This document shows positions 43,851 through 53,444 of a DNA stretch of 58,282 bases, in pieces. The notes beneath the pieces are model-generated. The model saw nothing but the letters and a program-made list of their open reading frames with translations, was not told the origin of the DNA and did not search any database. Position numbers and translations under genes: made by a program. The stretch spans positions 1-58,282 of the forward strand of contig JACMKY010000100.1 of NCBI GenBank assembly GCA_014379925.1, given 5' to 3'. This DNA comes from Cytophagales bacterium. Lineage in GTDB: Bacteria > Bacteroidota > Bacteroidia > Cytophagales > ES-bin-26. The first letter of the stretch is position 1. Every line of letters begins with the position of its first letter.

Positions 43851-44123
43851 AAATAAGCCGCCGTTTCTCTTTTGCGGAAAATTCTACATTTTAGTACCAG
43901 TAAAAAGGAAAATCAGGGCTGATTTTCGGGAAAATCAAACGGTTTTGCCCCGAAAATTCAGTCGATGGTCAGTAAAAAAGCACGGCTGTCCTCCACTGGT
44001 TTCCAAAAAAGAAACGGCTGGAAAATAAGCAGATACACAGACTGGCAATTGACCATCAGCAAGTTAATTCAAGAAAACGGGGTGGATAATGCTGCTCGGT
44101 TGCTGGTCAACCACCAACCATCT

Positions 44124-44837
44124 TCAGCCCGCGCGGCGGACGCTGCCCGAACCGCTCGACTGCACGTTGCGGACGCGGGGCTTGCCCTTGTAGCGCACGT
44201 CGCTGGCCCCCGATGCCCCCACCTTAAGTTCCTCGTCGACGGAGACTTGCGCGTCGCTCGAGCCGGACGTTTCTACCTCGGCGCGGTGGCTTTGCAGACC
44301 GTAGCCCCGGTAATCGCTGGCTCCGCTCAGGTTCACTCGCTGGTTGTCGGCCCGGCCCGTCAGGGTGAGTTCACTGGCGCCCGAAACGGTGGCCCGCAGG
44401 GTTTTGGCCGAAAGGGCCAGGGTCACGTCGCTGGCGCCGCTGACCGCCAGGCGGAAATCGTTGGCCACGAAGGCCGATGCTCCCCGCACGTCCGTGGCCC
44501 CGCTCACGTCCAGGCTCGTCAGTTCGGGGCAGGTAAGGTAGACGTTGACCGGCTGGTTGCCCCGGGATTTCCAGTTGAACTTCTTCTCCCGGTGGATTTT
44601 CAGTACTTCCCCGTCTACTTCCGTGATGATGCGGCTTTGCAGGTCCCCGTCCGTTTCCACCGTCACCGACTGCGGACTGCCCGGTTTGATGAATACCCGG
44701 AGCGCCCCGCCCGCTTGCACGCCCCGGAAAGCGCCCACGTTGCGGGACTGCTTTACCTGGGCAAACGCGGCGGCGTGGAGCAGGCAAACGAGGACGGTAA
44801 GCGCGGCGATGCTCGGACCGTGGGATGCGTGGGCCAT
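44124..44837 (-). CDS. DUF2807 (GIN-domain, putative beta-helix adhesin-head-like) secreted protein
   Basis: The Met at 44837 gives a signal peptide MAHASHGPSIAALTVLVCLLHAAAFAQ. Repeated VSGASDV/LSGASDY/ASGASDV strands are typical of DUF2807. Confidence 0.8.
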   Translation of the reverse strand: MAHASHGPSIAALTVLVCLLHAAAFAQVKQSRNVGAFRGVQAGGALRVFIKPGSPQSVTVETDGDLQSRIITEVDGEVLKIHREKKFNWKSRGNQPVNVYLTCPELTSLDVSGATDVRGASAFVANDFRLAVSGASDVTLALSAKTLRATVSGASELTLTGRADNQRVNLSGASDYRGYGLQSHRAEVETSGSSDAQVSVDEELKVGASGASDVRYKGKPRVRNVQSSGSGSVRRAG

Positions 44838-45062
44838 GGGGGAAGGGTTTGGGGGGGAAGGTTTTGGTGAAAAAAATCCATGGGTAAGATGACGGATGGG
44901 AGACGAAGGTTGCACGCGGCCGCGTTTTATTTTCCGGGATCGCCCGCCACCACCAAAGTTTACCCGCGGAACGGTAAGTTCGGTGTACCTTTGGGACACC
45001 ACCCGGTCTTTCTTTGCTGCGGCGTTCCCGCTATCTTTGACCGAAACCAGTCGACGTCTGCC

Positions 45063-46844
45063 ATGCGGTTCCTTTTTCTCACGGGTTTACTGCTGCTGAA
45101 AAGCGGTTTCGCGCCGGGTCAGTCCGTCGACCGTCCGGCGGCGGAATCGGCTTACCAGGAAGCGGTGGCGGCGATGAACGTCGGCCAGACCGCCCGGGGC
45201 TTCCAACTGCTCGACCAGGCCCTGGCCCGGCAACCCGACCACCACGAAGCGCTCTACGCCCGCGCTTACTACCACCACGCCAACGGCACCGACGAAGAAG
45301 CTATTCGGGCGTGCCGGGTTTTGCTGAGCGCGTATCCCGGCGACACCGCGGCCTTCCTGCTGCGGGGGCAAGCCAACGCCGAACTGGCGCGCTACGAAGC
45401 GGCCGAGGCCGATTTCCGCCGGGCCTGGTCGCTCGACAGCACGGACTTTCACGTCCACAACGAGCTGGGACACCTGTTTTACGCGCAAGACGACTACGAA
45501 CGCGCCCGGATGCACTTCGACCGCTCGCTGGCCCTCCGGGCCAACGGTTTCGCGCACGAGTACCGGGCGCGGATGCTCTACAACGAAGCGCAGCCCGCCG
45601 CCGCCCTCCGGGAAGTGGAACGATTGATTGCGTTGGAACCCGGCAACCCGGATGCCCTTCGGTTGAAAGCGCAGATTTTCGTGGCCATGAACAAGGACGG
45701 CGAAGCCATCAAACTCTACACCGGGCTTCAAAAACAAAACCAGCTTACCGAATACGACCTGCTCAACTGGGGCTTGATCTACTATTACCAGAAGAAATAT
45801 CCTTCGGCCCTGACCTACTTCGCCATTCTCAAGAAGCACGACGTGCCCGACCTGTACTACTTCAAGGCCCTGACCGAATACCGGATGCGGAAATTCGAAA
45901 CCGCGCTTCAGTCCATCGACCAGGCCATTGCACTGGCTGACCCGGAAGACGAGGAAAGTGCGCCTTACTTCCACGACCGGGCCCTCATCCAACAGGCCTT
46001 GCCCCCCAAAAAAGGCCCGCGTCCGAATGCCGGGTCCGATTACCTCCGGGCGGTGGCGCTCACGCCCGAAATCGTGGACGGACGCAACTACGGGGGCGAT
46101 ACGCTGGAACTGCTCGGCAGTGCCAAACAGGCCCTGCGCGGCACGTACACGCCGCGCCAGCTCGACAGTGCCCGCGTGCGCGGCTACCAGCGGCGGGCCA
46201 CGCGCCTGGCCGACGGGGACGCGTACCCGGAAGCCTTGGCCGAAACGGAAAAAGCTTGGCGACTCGACTCCCTGGACGCCTACACTTACCACCTGCGGGG
46301 AAGGTGCCGCCTGGCGGAAGAAGCGTACGCGCCCGCCATCCGGGACTTTGAACGAGCCCTGCGCCCGTCCGGCAATCCGGTGGCCGACCAGACCTACCAC
46401 CTGCGCGGCCTGGCTTACGCGGGGCTGGAGATGTACCCGAGGGCCGTGGCCGACTTCGACCAAGCCATCACCCTCAACGGGGGCGAAGCGGAATACTTTT
46501 ACAACCGGGCCTTTGCCCACGCCGGGACGAACGATTTCACCCGCGCCCTGGCGGACGCCACCCAAGCCATCGAACTCCAACCGGCCGAGAGCGAATACCG
46601 GCTGGGCCGGGCCGAGTTCTACCTGGGCGACGGGCAATTCGACCAGACCCTCGGCGATTGCAACCACGTGCTGGCTACGGAAACCGACAACGCCGACGCG
46701 TACTACTACCGGGGTGCCGCCTACGAAGGGCTGAAAAACTATTCCCTCGCCCTCCGGGAATACGCGCAGGCGCTGCACCTGGACCCCGAATTCACCGAAG
46801 CCCGGCAGGCGTTGGAAGAAGTGACCCTCAAGGCGGGCAAATGA
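45063..46844 (+). CDS. Tetratricopeptide (TPR) repeat protein, secreted
   Basis: The Met at 45063 gives a signal peptide MRFLFLTGLLLLKSGFAPGQ. More than 10 TPR-like units follow (e.g. YYYRGAAYEGLKNYSLALREYAQALHLDPEF). Confidence 0.85.
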   Translation: MRFLFLTGLLLLKSGFAPGQSVDRPAAESAYQEAVAAMNVGQTARGFQLLDQALARQPDHHEALYARAYYHHANGTDEEAIRACRVLLSAYPGDTAAFLLRGQANAELARYEAAEADFRRAWSLDSTDFHVHNELGHLFYAQDDYERARMHFDRSLALRANGFAHEYRARMLYNEAQPAAALREVERLIALEPGNPDALRLKAQIFVAMNKDGEAIKLYTGLQKQNQLTEYDLLNWGLIYYYQKKYPSALTYFAILKKHDVPDLYYFKALTEYRMRKFETALQSIDQAIALADPEDEESAPYFHDRALIQQALPPKKGPRPNAGSDYLRAVALTPEIVDGRNYGGDTLELLGSAKQALRGTYTPRQLDSARVRGYQRRATRLADGDAYPEALAETEKAWRLDSLDAYTYHLRGRCRLAEEAYAPAIRDFERALRPSGNPVADQTYHLRGLAYAGLEMYPRAVADFDQAITLNGGEAEYFYNRAFAHAGTNDFTRALADATQAIELQPAESEYRLGRAEFYLGDGQFDQTLGDCNHVLATETDNADAYYYRGAAYEGLKNYSLALREYAQALHLDPEFTEARQALEEVTLKAGK

Positions 46845-46996
46845 GGTGCCGGGGCTGACAACCCGACGCTTCAACCGCCAATGGCCGAGACCGCGCAGCC
46901 GGCTAGTCCGCAGCGCCAGTTCGACCGCCCCAAAAACCGGGTCAACCCGCACTTCCTGTTCAACCGCCGCCGTCCGCTTCTTAAACGCTGCGTGCC

Positions 46997-47767
46997 ATGA
47001 ACGTATTGATCATTGAAGACGAAGAGTTAGCCGTCCGCAAACTGACCAGGTTGCTGGGCGAGGTGGATCCCACGCTGCAAGTGGTCGGCACGGTTGCCAG
47101 CGTACGGGCCTCGGTGGAATGGCTGCAAACTCATCCCGCGCCGGACCTGATCCTGATGGACATTGAACTGGCCGACGGACAGAGTTTCGAAATTTTCGAG
47201 CGGACGACCGTGGCCGCGCCGGTTACCTTCACCACTTCCTACGACGAATGCGCCCTGCAGGCTTTCAAGGTCAACCGCATTGACTACTTGCTGAAGCCGA
47301 TCAAGCGCCACGAACTCGAAGCCAGCCTGGCGAAGCACCGGCGGCTCCACAACCAGCCCGAAGCGGCCCCCCCCGTGGCCATCGACGCGCTGATGCACCA
47401 ACTCCGCCAGCAAATTCAGCCCACGGAAACCCGACGCCGGTTCCTGGTGCGCCACCTTTCGCAGTGGGTGCCGGTCGAAGTGACCGACATCGCGTACTTC
47501 CATTCCGCCGAGGGCGTGAGTTGGTTCCGCACCCGCACGGAACAGCGATTTTCGGTGGACTACACCCTGGATGAACTGGAAGCCACGCTCGACCCGGCGC
47601 AGTTTTTCCGGGTCAACCGGCATTTCATCGTCGGCATCGGCGCGGTGCAGCAGGTTCACCCGTACTTCAGCCACCGGCTCCGACTCACGCTCAAAACCAG
47701 CGCCGACGAAGAGGTATTGGTCAGCCGCGAACGGACCACTGACTTCAAAAAGTGGATGGGAAAGTGA
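46997..47767 (+). CDS. LytR/AlgR-family response regulator (REC + LytTR DNA-binding domain)
   Basis: The REC domain has MNVLIIEDEELAV and LILMDIELADG. The LytTR domain has AYFHSAEGVSWFRT and FFRVNRHFIV. No cognate kinase is adjacent. Confidence 0.9.
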   Translation: MNVLIIEDEELAVRKLTRLLGEVDPTLQVVGTVASVRASVEWLQTHPAPDLILMDIELADGQSFEIFERTTVAAPVTFTTSYDECALQAFKVNRIDYLLKPIKRHELEASLAKHRRLHNQPEAAPPVAIDALMHQLRQQIQPTETRRRFLVRHLSQWVPVEVTDIAYFHSAEGVSWFRTRTEQRFSVDYTLDELEATLDPAQFFRVNRHFIVGIGAVQQVHPYFSHRLRLTLKTSADEEVLVSRERTTDFKKWMGK

Positions 47768-48233
47768 GCGGCCGTTGCGATAATTCGATCAAGGCGTTCG
47801 GCGTATTTTCCAGCAGTGCCTTAACCGCCAGCAAGTCGGCGTGGACAAACTGTTCGAGCTGATGCACCAGCAAGGGAGCCATCAGCCGCTGCCAGCCTTT
47901 TAATTCAATGCTCAGTTCAAACGTAACCCGGGTGAGTTGGTCAACCCGCTCGAAGGTGCGTTGGTCCCAGAGCGCCAACGGGCCACCCAGGCTCTCGTAG
48001 GCCACCCGGCGGTTGAGGGCGGCCGCCGTTACTTCGGCCTCAACCGCCATCTCCTGGCCCAGTAGCTGCACCACCTGCTGAAGCCGCAGTCCCGCCCGCG
48101 CCAGCCCCGGCGCCGCCTGTTCACTGCGCTGCACCGTCTTTCGCCAGAACCCGTCAAACGCGTAACAGGCCATGACCCCGTAGACGTCGGTCAGCGGCGC
48201 GGCAATCAGTTCGGTACGGCGGGCGGTAATCAT
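47745..48233 (-). CDS. SRPBCC (START/polyketide-cyclase-like) family protein
   Basis: 162 aa. The length and pattern (ELIAAPLTDVYGVMA...FWRK...VTFELSIELKG) fit SRPBCC proteins. Its 3' end overlaps the convergent LytTR gene by 23 nt. Its start overlaps the upstream ORF by 4 nt. Confidence 0.6.
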   Translation of the reverse strand: MITARRTELIAAPLTDVYGVMACYAFDGFWRKTVQRSEQAAPGLARAGLRLQQVVQLLGQEMAVEAEVTAAALNRRVAYESLGGPLALWDQRTFERVDQLTRVTFELSIELKGWQRLMAPLLVHQLEQFVHADLLAVKALLENTPNALIELSQRPLTFPSTF

Positions 48234-48667
48234 GCCGGTGGCGGCGGTTGACTGACGATGTATTGCTCGGCGGCGGCCAGCGACGCCAACAAAACCGTTG
48301 GAACCCGGGAGTCGGGATGTTGCTGAAGGGCCTCCGAGGACAGCTTGGAAAACAGATCGGGCGACAGTACGCTGATGTTGAAGCGCAGCCCCGCGTCATA
48401 GGCCTGGTTGAAAAATTCGTTGACGATCCAATCGACGGTGCCGGTCCAGGCCGTCTCGAAATCTTTGGTATCGTGCACGTGAAACCGACAGGCGCGTTTT
48501 TGTCCTTCGGCCCGTTGCCAGTGCAACATGCGCAGGGTGGCCTGCTTCAATTCATCATCGGTACAGAAGCCGCTCCACCGCATAAACAGGTAGTTTTTGT
48601 CGGCATTGTAGGTCAACTCGGCGTATACCTCGTCAGCCGCATTGCGGGCAGTATGAATAAGCATCAT
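48230..48667 (-). CDS. Hypothetical protein (STAS/SpoIIAA-like fold suspected)
   Basis: 145 aa. It is translationally coupled on both sides by 4-nt overlaps. NYLFMRWSGFCTDDELKQA resembles DUF-type STAS-like proteins common in Cytophagia (recalled, weak). Confidence 0.55.
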   Translation of the reverse strand: MMLIHTARNAADEVYAELTYNADKNYLFMRWSGFCTDDELKQATLRMLHWQRAEGQKRACRFHVHDTKDFETAWTGTVDWIVNEFFNQAYDAGLRFNISVLSPDLFSKLSSEALQQHPDSRVPTVLLASLAAAEQYIVSQPPPPA

Positions 48668-49260
48668 TCCATCGGATCGGGGTTAGCGGACAGGGCCGGG
48701 TTGGTACGCTGGTAGCGGTCGAGCGTTTCGGCCGTGACGCCGAGGTAGCTGGCCACGTACGGGGGCGGCACCCGCCGGAACACTTTGGGGTGTTCGTGGA
48801 GCAGGCGGTTGTAGCGGTCTTCGGGGCTGTCTTTCAACAGCGACGCTTCCCGCTGCTCCAAGCGACACAACTGGTCCTGCAACAGCAGTTGCGCAAACCG
48901 CTGCCAGACGGGATGATGGCCACACAAGGTCATCACGTCGTCGTAGTTGGCTTCGAGCAGTTGCGTTTGGGTGAGCGTCATAACGTGGACGAAGGAGGGG
49001 CGCTGGGTAAAAAAGCTCACCAACGACCCCAACAACCCGTTTTCAAACACGAATTCCTTGGATACCTCCCAGCCGTCGAGGTCGTAGAACAGCCGCCCGC
49101 ACCCCTTCTCGACGAAGGCAATGGTCCGGCAGATATCGCCCTCCCGGGCGTATAACGCGTCGGGCGGCAAAATCCTGGGCTGAAGAATAGCCCGAAACGC
49201 GGCCATTTCGTCGGGACTGGGACGGGCAATGCGCTCAATGTTAGACAGAACCCGTTGCAT
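48664..49260 (-). CDS. Crp/Fnr family transcriptional regulator (cNMP-binding + HTH)
   Basis: 198 aa. It has a beta-roll region (GDICRTIAFVEKGCGRLF) and a C-terminal HTH (YVASYLGVTAETLDRYQR). Confidence 0.85.
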   Translation of the reverse strand: MQRVLSNIERIARPSPDEMAAFRAILQPRILPPDALYAREGDICRTIAFVEKGCGRLFYDLDGWEVSKEFVFENGLLGSLVSFFTQRPSFVHVMTLTQTQLLEANYDDVMTLCGHHPVWQRFAQLLLQDQLCRLEQREASLLKDSPEDRYNRLLHEHPKVFRRVPPPYVASYLGVTAETLDRYQRTNPALSANPDPME

Positions 49261-49548
49261 TGGGACAAAAAATGAGTTTGTTCCGCTAATATGAACAAGA
49301 AGACCAAGTTTACCTAATTTTTATGGTCTGCTTCCCCTGCCAAGCCACGTTGCGATCAGCAACCCCGTCGAGCAATCGCCGTTGCCGGGATGACCACCGG
49401 TAACTGGTCGGCGGTGACCACATTCCGGAAAGTGGTGACGTCTTCATCAATAAGCAATGGTTCGTCCGTTTCTCGGATTGTAAAAACGGCTCATTTTATT
49501 GGAAACGGCCTTTTTTTTCTACCTTGAACGCCCGACCGCCGCGTTCGC

Positions 49549-50397
49549 ATGAAGTCTTTTCTGCTGCCTCTCTTTTTGCTCGGGTGCCCGGGGCTGGCCC
49601 TGGCCAGCGGCGATCCCTTTCCCATCGGGGCGCGTTCGTTGGGCCTGGGCAATGCCGCCGTCACCCTCTCCGACCACTGGTCGCTCTTCAACAACGTGGG
49701 CGGGTTGGCCGGTACCGACCGTACCGCCGAGGGTCGGCGTACAGTAATGTCGTCGTTCAGCGGTCCGTACGGCGTGGCGGGCCTGTCGGTGGTGGCCGTG
49801 GGGGCGGTGCTGCCCACCCGTTACGGCACCTTCGGAGTGGGCGTCCAGCGGTTCGGGGATGAACTGCACCACGAGCACCTGGTGGGCCTGGCCTACAGCC
49901 ACCGGCTTGAGAACGTGAGCCTGGGGGTGAAGATCAACTACGTGCAGATTGCCACCCGCGGGCTGGGCAGCCGGGGAGCGGTGGCCATCGAGTTTGGCGG
50001 GGTGGTCCAGTTGCTGCCCGAACTCCGCTTCGGTGCCCACCTCTACAACCTCAACCAGGCGAAGCTGGCCGCCTACGGGGACGAACGATTGCCCACGTTG
50101 ATGAAGGCGGGGCTTTCTTACCAACCGGGCAAGCAGCTGATGATGAACGCGGAGGTCGAAAAAGACGTTGATTTTCCGGCCGTTTTCAAGGCGGGCCTGG
50201 AGTACGAGATCGTCAAGAAAGTGCACCTGCGGACCGGCATCAGCGCCAAGCCCTTTACCAACCACTTCGGGGTGGGCCTGCTGCACCGCAACCTGCACTT
50301 CGATTATGCCCTCACCACGCACCCGCAACTGGGTTTTTCGCACCACCTTTCCCTGGCGCTGGGATTGGAAACGAAAGCAACGACGACGGACCGATGA
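49549..50397 (+). CDS. Outer-membrane beta-barrel, PorV/PorQ-family-like
   Basis: It has a signal peptide MKSFLLPLFLLGCPGLALA. GARSLGLGNAAVTLSDHWSLFNNVGGLAG matches the N-terminal signature of PorQ/UPF0164-type barrels (recalled). An alternating beta-strand pattern runs throughout. Confidence 0.65.
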   Translation: MKSFLLPLFLLGCPGLALASGDPFPIGARSLGLGNAAVTLSDHWSLFNNVGGLAGTDRTAEGRRTVMSSFSGPYGVAGLSVVAVGAVLPTRYGTFGVGVQRFGDELHHEHLVGLAYSHRLENVSLGVKINYVQIATRGLGSRGAVAIEFGGVVQLLPELRFGAHLYNLNQAKLAAYGDERLPTLMKAGLSYQPGKQLMMNAEVEKDVDFPAVFKAGLEYEIVKKVHLRTGISAKPFTNHFGVGLLHRNLHFDYALTTHPQLGFSHHLSLALGLETKATTTDR

Positions 50398-52568
50398 GCA
50401 CGCGCGCAACAATGCGGTTCACCCGGCGTTGGTTCGGAACCCGGTGCCTGGCAACTGCCCGCCGTTGCCCCCCGCTGGCGTTCGCTCTGTGGTGGCTCTT
50501 TGCGCTGGGTGGAAACGAGGGGCGGGCCCAGGCGTATCCGCGCAAGGAGATCGACCTGGAAGCCTTCGTGCAAAACTTGTTCGCCGTCCAGAACGAGGAC
50601 GTGAACTACGAAGACCTCTACGAATCGCTTTTCCAGCTCTACACCAACCCGCTGGACCTCAACGACGCCACCCGCGGGGAACTGGCTTCCCTTTACATCC
50701 TGTCGCCCGGGCAGATCAACAACCTGCTGGCTTACCGTCAGCGGAACGGCCGCCTGTTGTCCATTTACGAGTTGCAGGCCGTGCCGGGTCTCGATTTGCC
50801 GACCATCTACCAGCTGCTTCCCTTCGTAACGGTGCCTTTCGTCTCCGCGCAGGACGACCCGCGCTCCCTCTGGCAGCGCATCGCCGCCGAGCCGAACAAT
50901 TTCCTGTTGTTGCGCTACGACCGCGGGCTGGAACGACGCAAGGGCTACACCGCGCCCGACACCGGTTCGAACGGCCGTCTTAGCGGGCGCTACCTGGGTT
51001 CGCCAGACCGGTTGTACGCGCGTTACCGCGTGAGCCACGCCAAGGATTTCAGTTTCGGCTTCACCCTCGAGAAAGACGCCGGGGAGCAAATCACCTGGGA
51101 GCCGGCCACCCGCCGCTACGGGGCGGACTTTTTTTCCTTCCACGCCAACCTTTCCCACCGGAAACGCTGGAGAAACGTCCTGCTGGGCGATTACCTGGTG
51201 CAGTTCGGGCAGGGAATGGTGCTGGCGGCGGGTTTTTCGCCGGGAAAAGGGGCCGAAAGCGTGGCCACCGTCCGGCGCAGCAACCTGGGCATCCGGCCCT
51301 ACTCCTCGGTGTTGGAAGCGGGCTTTTTCCGGGGGGGCGCCGCCACCTACCAGCTGAGCCGCCGCTTCGACCTGACGGGCTTCTACTCGCGCACCCGTCG
51401 CGACGCCAATCTGATCAGCGGGGGCGATTCAACGGAATCCGAAGCGGACTACATCAATTCGCTGCTGGTCACCGGCTTTCACCGGACGCCCAACGAGGTC
51501 GGGGCCAAAGGCAACATTCCGGAGCAGAACCTGGGGGGTAATCTGTTGTACCGCAGCACCGACCAGAACCTACAACTGGGGGTCACGTGGCTGCAAACCA
51601 CGTTCGGCCAGCGGCTGGAGCGGCGTCCGAACGCCTACAACGGGTTTGAGTTCAGCGGCCGGCAGAACCACGTGGCCGGGTTGAGTTACGCCTACAACTG
51701 GCGGAACTTCAACTGGTTCGGCGAATGGGCGCGTTCGCGGAGCGGGGGCATCGGGGGGGTGTCGGGCTTCGTGTCGAGCCTCTCCCCGCGGGTGGAACTG
51801 GCGATGCTCTACCGGCACTTCGACCGGAATTTCCACAGCTTCTACGCCAACGCGTTCGCCGAGAACACCCGCCCCATCAACGAACGGGGCACCTACTGGG
51901 GCGTCCGGATCACGCCCCACCGGAGGGTTTCCCTGGCCGCCTACTACGACCACTTCCGGTTTCCCTGGCTCAAGTTCCGGGTGGACGCTCCCTCGCGGGG
52001 GTACGAATACCTGCTCCGTTTCTCTTACCGGCCCAACCGGGTCCTGCTGCTGTACGCGCAGTTCCGGGAAGAAAACAAGGGCCGTAACCGGGCCGGCAAC
52101 GTGGCTAACCTGAACGCGGTGGTGGACAGCCGGCGGCGGAATTATTTGATTAACCTCGATTATACGGCCTCCCGGTTTCTCACGTTGAAATCCCGGGTGC
52201 AGTGGGGTGATTACCAGCCAAGGGGCGGGCCGTTGACCCGGGGATTCGCGCTGGTGCAGGACGTGAACGTGGAAGTGGGCCGGTTGAAGCTGGGAACGCG
52301 CTTCGCCCTCTTCGACACCGACGATTACGAAAACCGCCAGTACGTTTACGAAAAGGACGTGTTGTACGGCTTTTCGATCCCGGCGTATTACCAACGCGGC
52401 CTGCGGAATTACTTTTTGCTTCAATATCAGATTAACCGACGGATGGATGGCTGGCTGCGCTGGGCGCGCACCAACCTGCGCAACGCGGATACCGTCAGTT
52501 CGGGCCTGGAGGAGATCAACCAGCCGCGCCGCACCGACGTACACGTCCAGGTGAGGTACCGGTTCTGA
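50394..52568 (+). CDS. Helix-hairpin-helix (ComEA-like) domain fused to a large outer-membrane beta-barrel-like domain
   Basis: 724 aa. The ATG overlaps the upstream TGA (ATGA). After the signal region come two HhH units (DLNDATRGELASLYILSPGQINNLLAYR, SIYELQAVPGLDLPTIYQLLPF). A ~550-aa strand-rich region follows, ending in the OMP-like VHVQVRYRF. Confidence 0.75.
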   Translation: MSTRATMRFTRRWFGTRCLATARRCPPLAFALWWLFALGGNEGRAQAYPRKEIDLEAFVQNLFAVQNEDVNYEDLYESLFQLYTNPLDLNDATRGELASLYILSPGQINNLLAYRQRNGRLLSIYELQAVPGLDLPTIYQLLPFVTVPFVSAQDDPRSLWQRIAAEPNNFLLLRYDRGLERRKGYTAPDTGSNGRLSGRYLGSPDRLYARYRVSHAKDFSFGFTLEKDAGEQITWEPATRRYGADFFSFHANLSHRKRWRNVLLGDYLVQFGQGMVLAAGFSPGKGAESVATVRRSNLGIRPYSSVLEAGFFRGGAATYQLSRRFDLTGFYSRTRRDANLISGGDSTESEADYINSLLVTGFHRTPNEVGAKGNIPEQNLGGNLLYRSTDQNLQLGVTWLQTTFGQRLERRPNAYNGFEFSGRQNHVAGLSYAYNWRNFNWFGEWARSRSGGIGGVSGFVSSLSPRVELAMLYRHFDRNFHSFYANAFAENTRPINERGTYWGVRITPHRRVSLAAYYDHFRFPWLKFRVDAPSRGYEYLLRFSYRPNRVLLLYAQFREENKGRNRAGNVANLNAVVDSRRRNYLINLDYTASRFLTLKSRVQWGDYQPRGGPLTRGFALVQDVNVEVGRLKLGTRFALFDTDDYENRQYVYEKDVLYGFSIPAYYQRGLRNYFLLQYQINRRMDGWLRWARTNLRNADTVSSGLEEINQPRRTDVHVQVRYRF

Positions 52569-52703
52569 CGGGGTTCGGGCCGGGAAATAAGAGGTAGGAA
52601 GTGAGAAGTAAGAGGGAAACGGTTGTGGCATTTCCTGGCTTCGGCTTTCGCCTCCGGCGCGGCGTGGCCAGCCCGTTCGTTCCCTAAACCGGAAAAAAGT
52701 CCC

Positions 52704-53279
52704 ATGCTTGACGAGTATTACCATCTGTTGGAGGTGACCCCGGAGGCCAGCCTGGAGGAAATCAAGCGGGCGTACTGGCGGCTGGCCAAGCAGTGGCACC
52801 CCGACGTCAACCCCTCGGCCGAGGCCAAGGAACGGTTCATTCGCATCCACCAGGCCTACGAAATCCTGGTGACCTACCGCTGGACCGACCAGTCCGTTCC
52901 GCTGACGCCGGACGGGTCGGCCCTCCAGGGGGAATTGTTCGGCCAGAACTTCCGCTGGGACCGCAACCAGGACAATCGGCGGGAGCGGGTGGCGGCCTTC
53001 GCGCGGGTGCAGTACGAGGAATTTCGGCGCAACAACGAACGGTTTAAAAATTCACTCTGGTACTGGCCGGCGAAGGTGTTCACCTACTTCGCCTGGATGG
53101 TGGGTAGCCTGGCCGGCGTAGGTTTCCTGTTCTTTCCCTTCTGGGTGGCCTTTTCCCTCCAGCAAACCAAGGTTGCCCTCACCCTGTTTCCCTTCTCGCT
53201 GCTGGTCTCGCTGCTGGGACTGGCCATCGTCGGGGCCGCCTCCCGCTTCAGGCGGGAGTTGGAGCAGCGGTATTTCTGA
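52704..53279 (+). CDS. J-domain (DnaJ-like) protein with C-terminal membrane helices
   Basis: The Met at 52704 gives MLDEYYHLLEVTPEASLEEIKRAYWRLAKQWHPDVNP with the HPD motif. Two C-terminal TM helices are FTYFAWMVGSLAGVGFLFFPFWVAF and LTLFPFSLLVSLLGLAIVGA. Confidence 0.85.
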   Translation: MLDEYYHLLEVTPEASLEEIKRAYWRLAKQWHPDVNPSAEAKERFIRIHQAYEILVTYRWTDQSVPLTPDGSALQGELFGQNFRWDRNQDNRRERVAAFARVQYEEFRRNNERFKNSLWYWPAKVFTYFAWMVGSLAGVGFLFFPFWVAFSLQQTKVALTLFPFSLLVSLLGLAIVGAASRFRRELEQRYF

Positions 53280-53406
53280 TTCCGCGGCCGGCCGTAGCCC
53301 TTTGCGGTAGGCCGGTGCTGGCGGGTTTCGTACCCTTTTGGTTATTCTTTTCCCGGCGCTCAAATCCCGTCGGTACTCCCGTAAAAATAATGCGGCCGTC
53401 TTTGGT

Positions 53407-53444
53407 GGTTCCGTAGCGGGGGGCTGTCGGCTCGCTACGGAACC
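53407..53444. other. Perfect 12-bp stem hairpin in the spacer upstream of dctA
   Basis: GGTTCCGTAGCG (53407-53418) pairs with CGCTACGGAACC (53433-53444) around a 14-nt loop. There is no flanking T-run on either strand. Confidence 0.8.
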
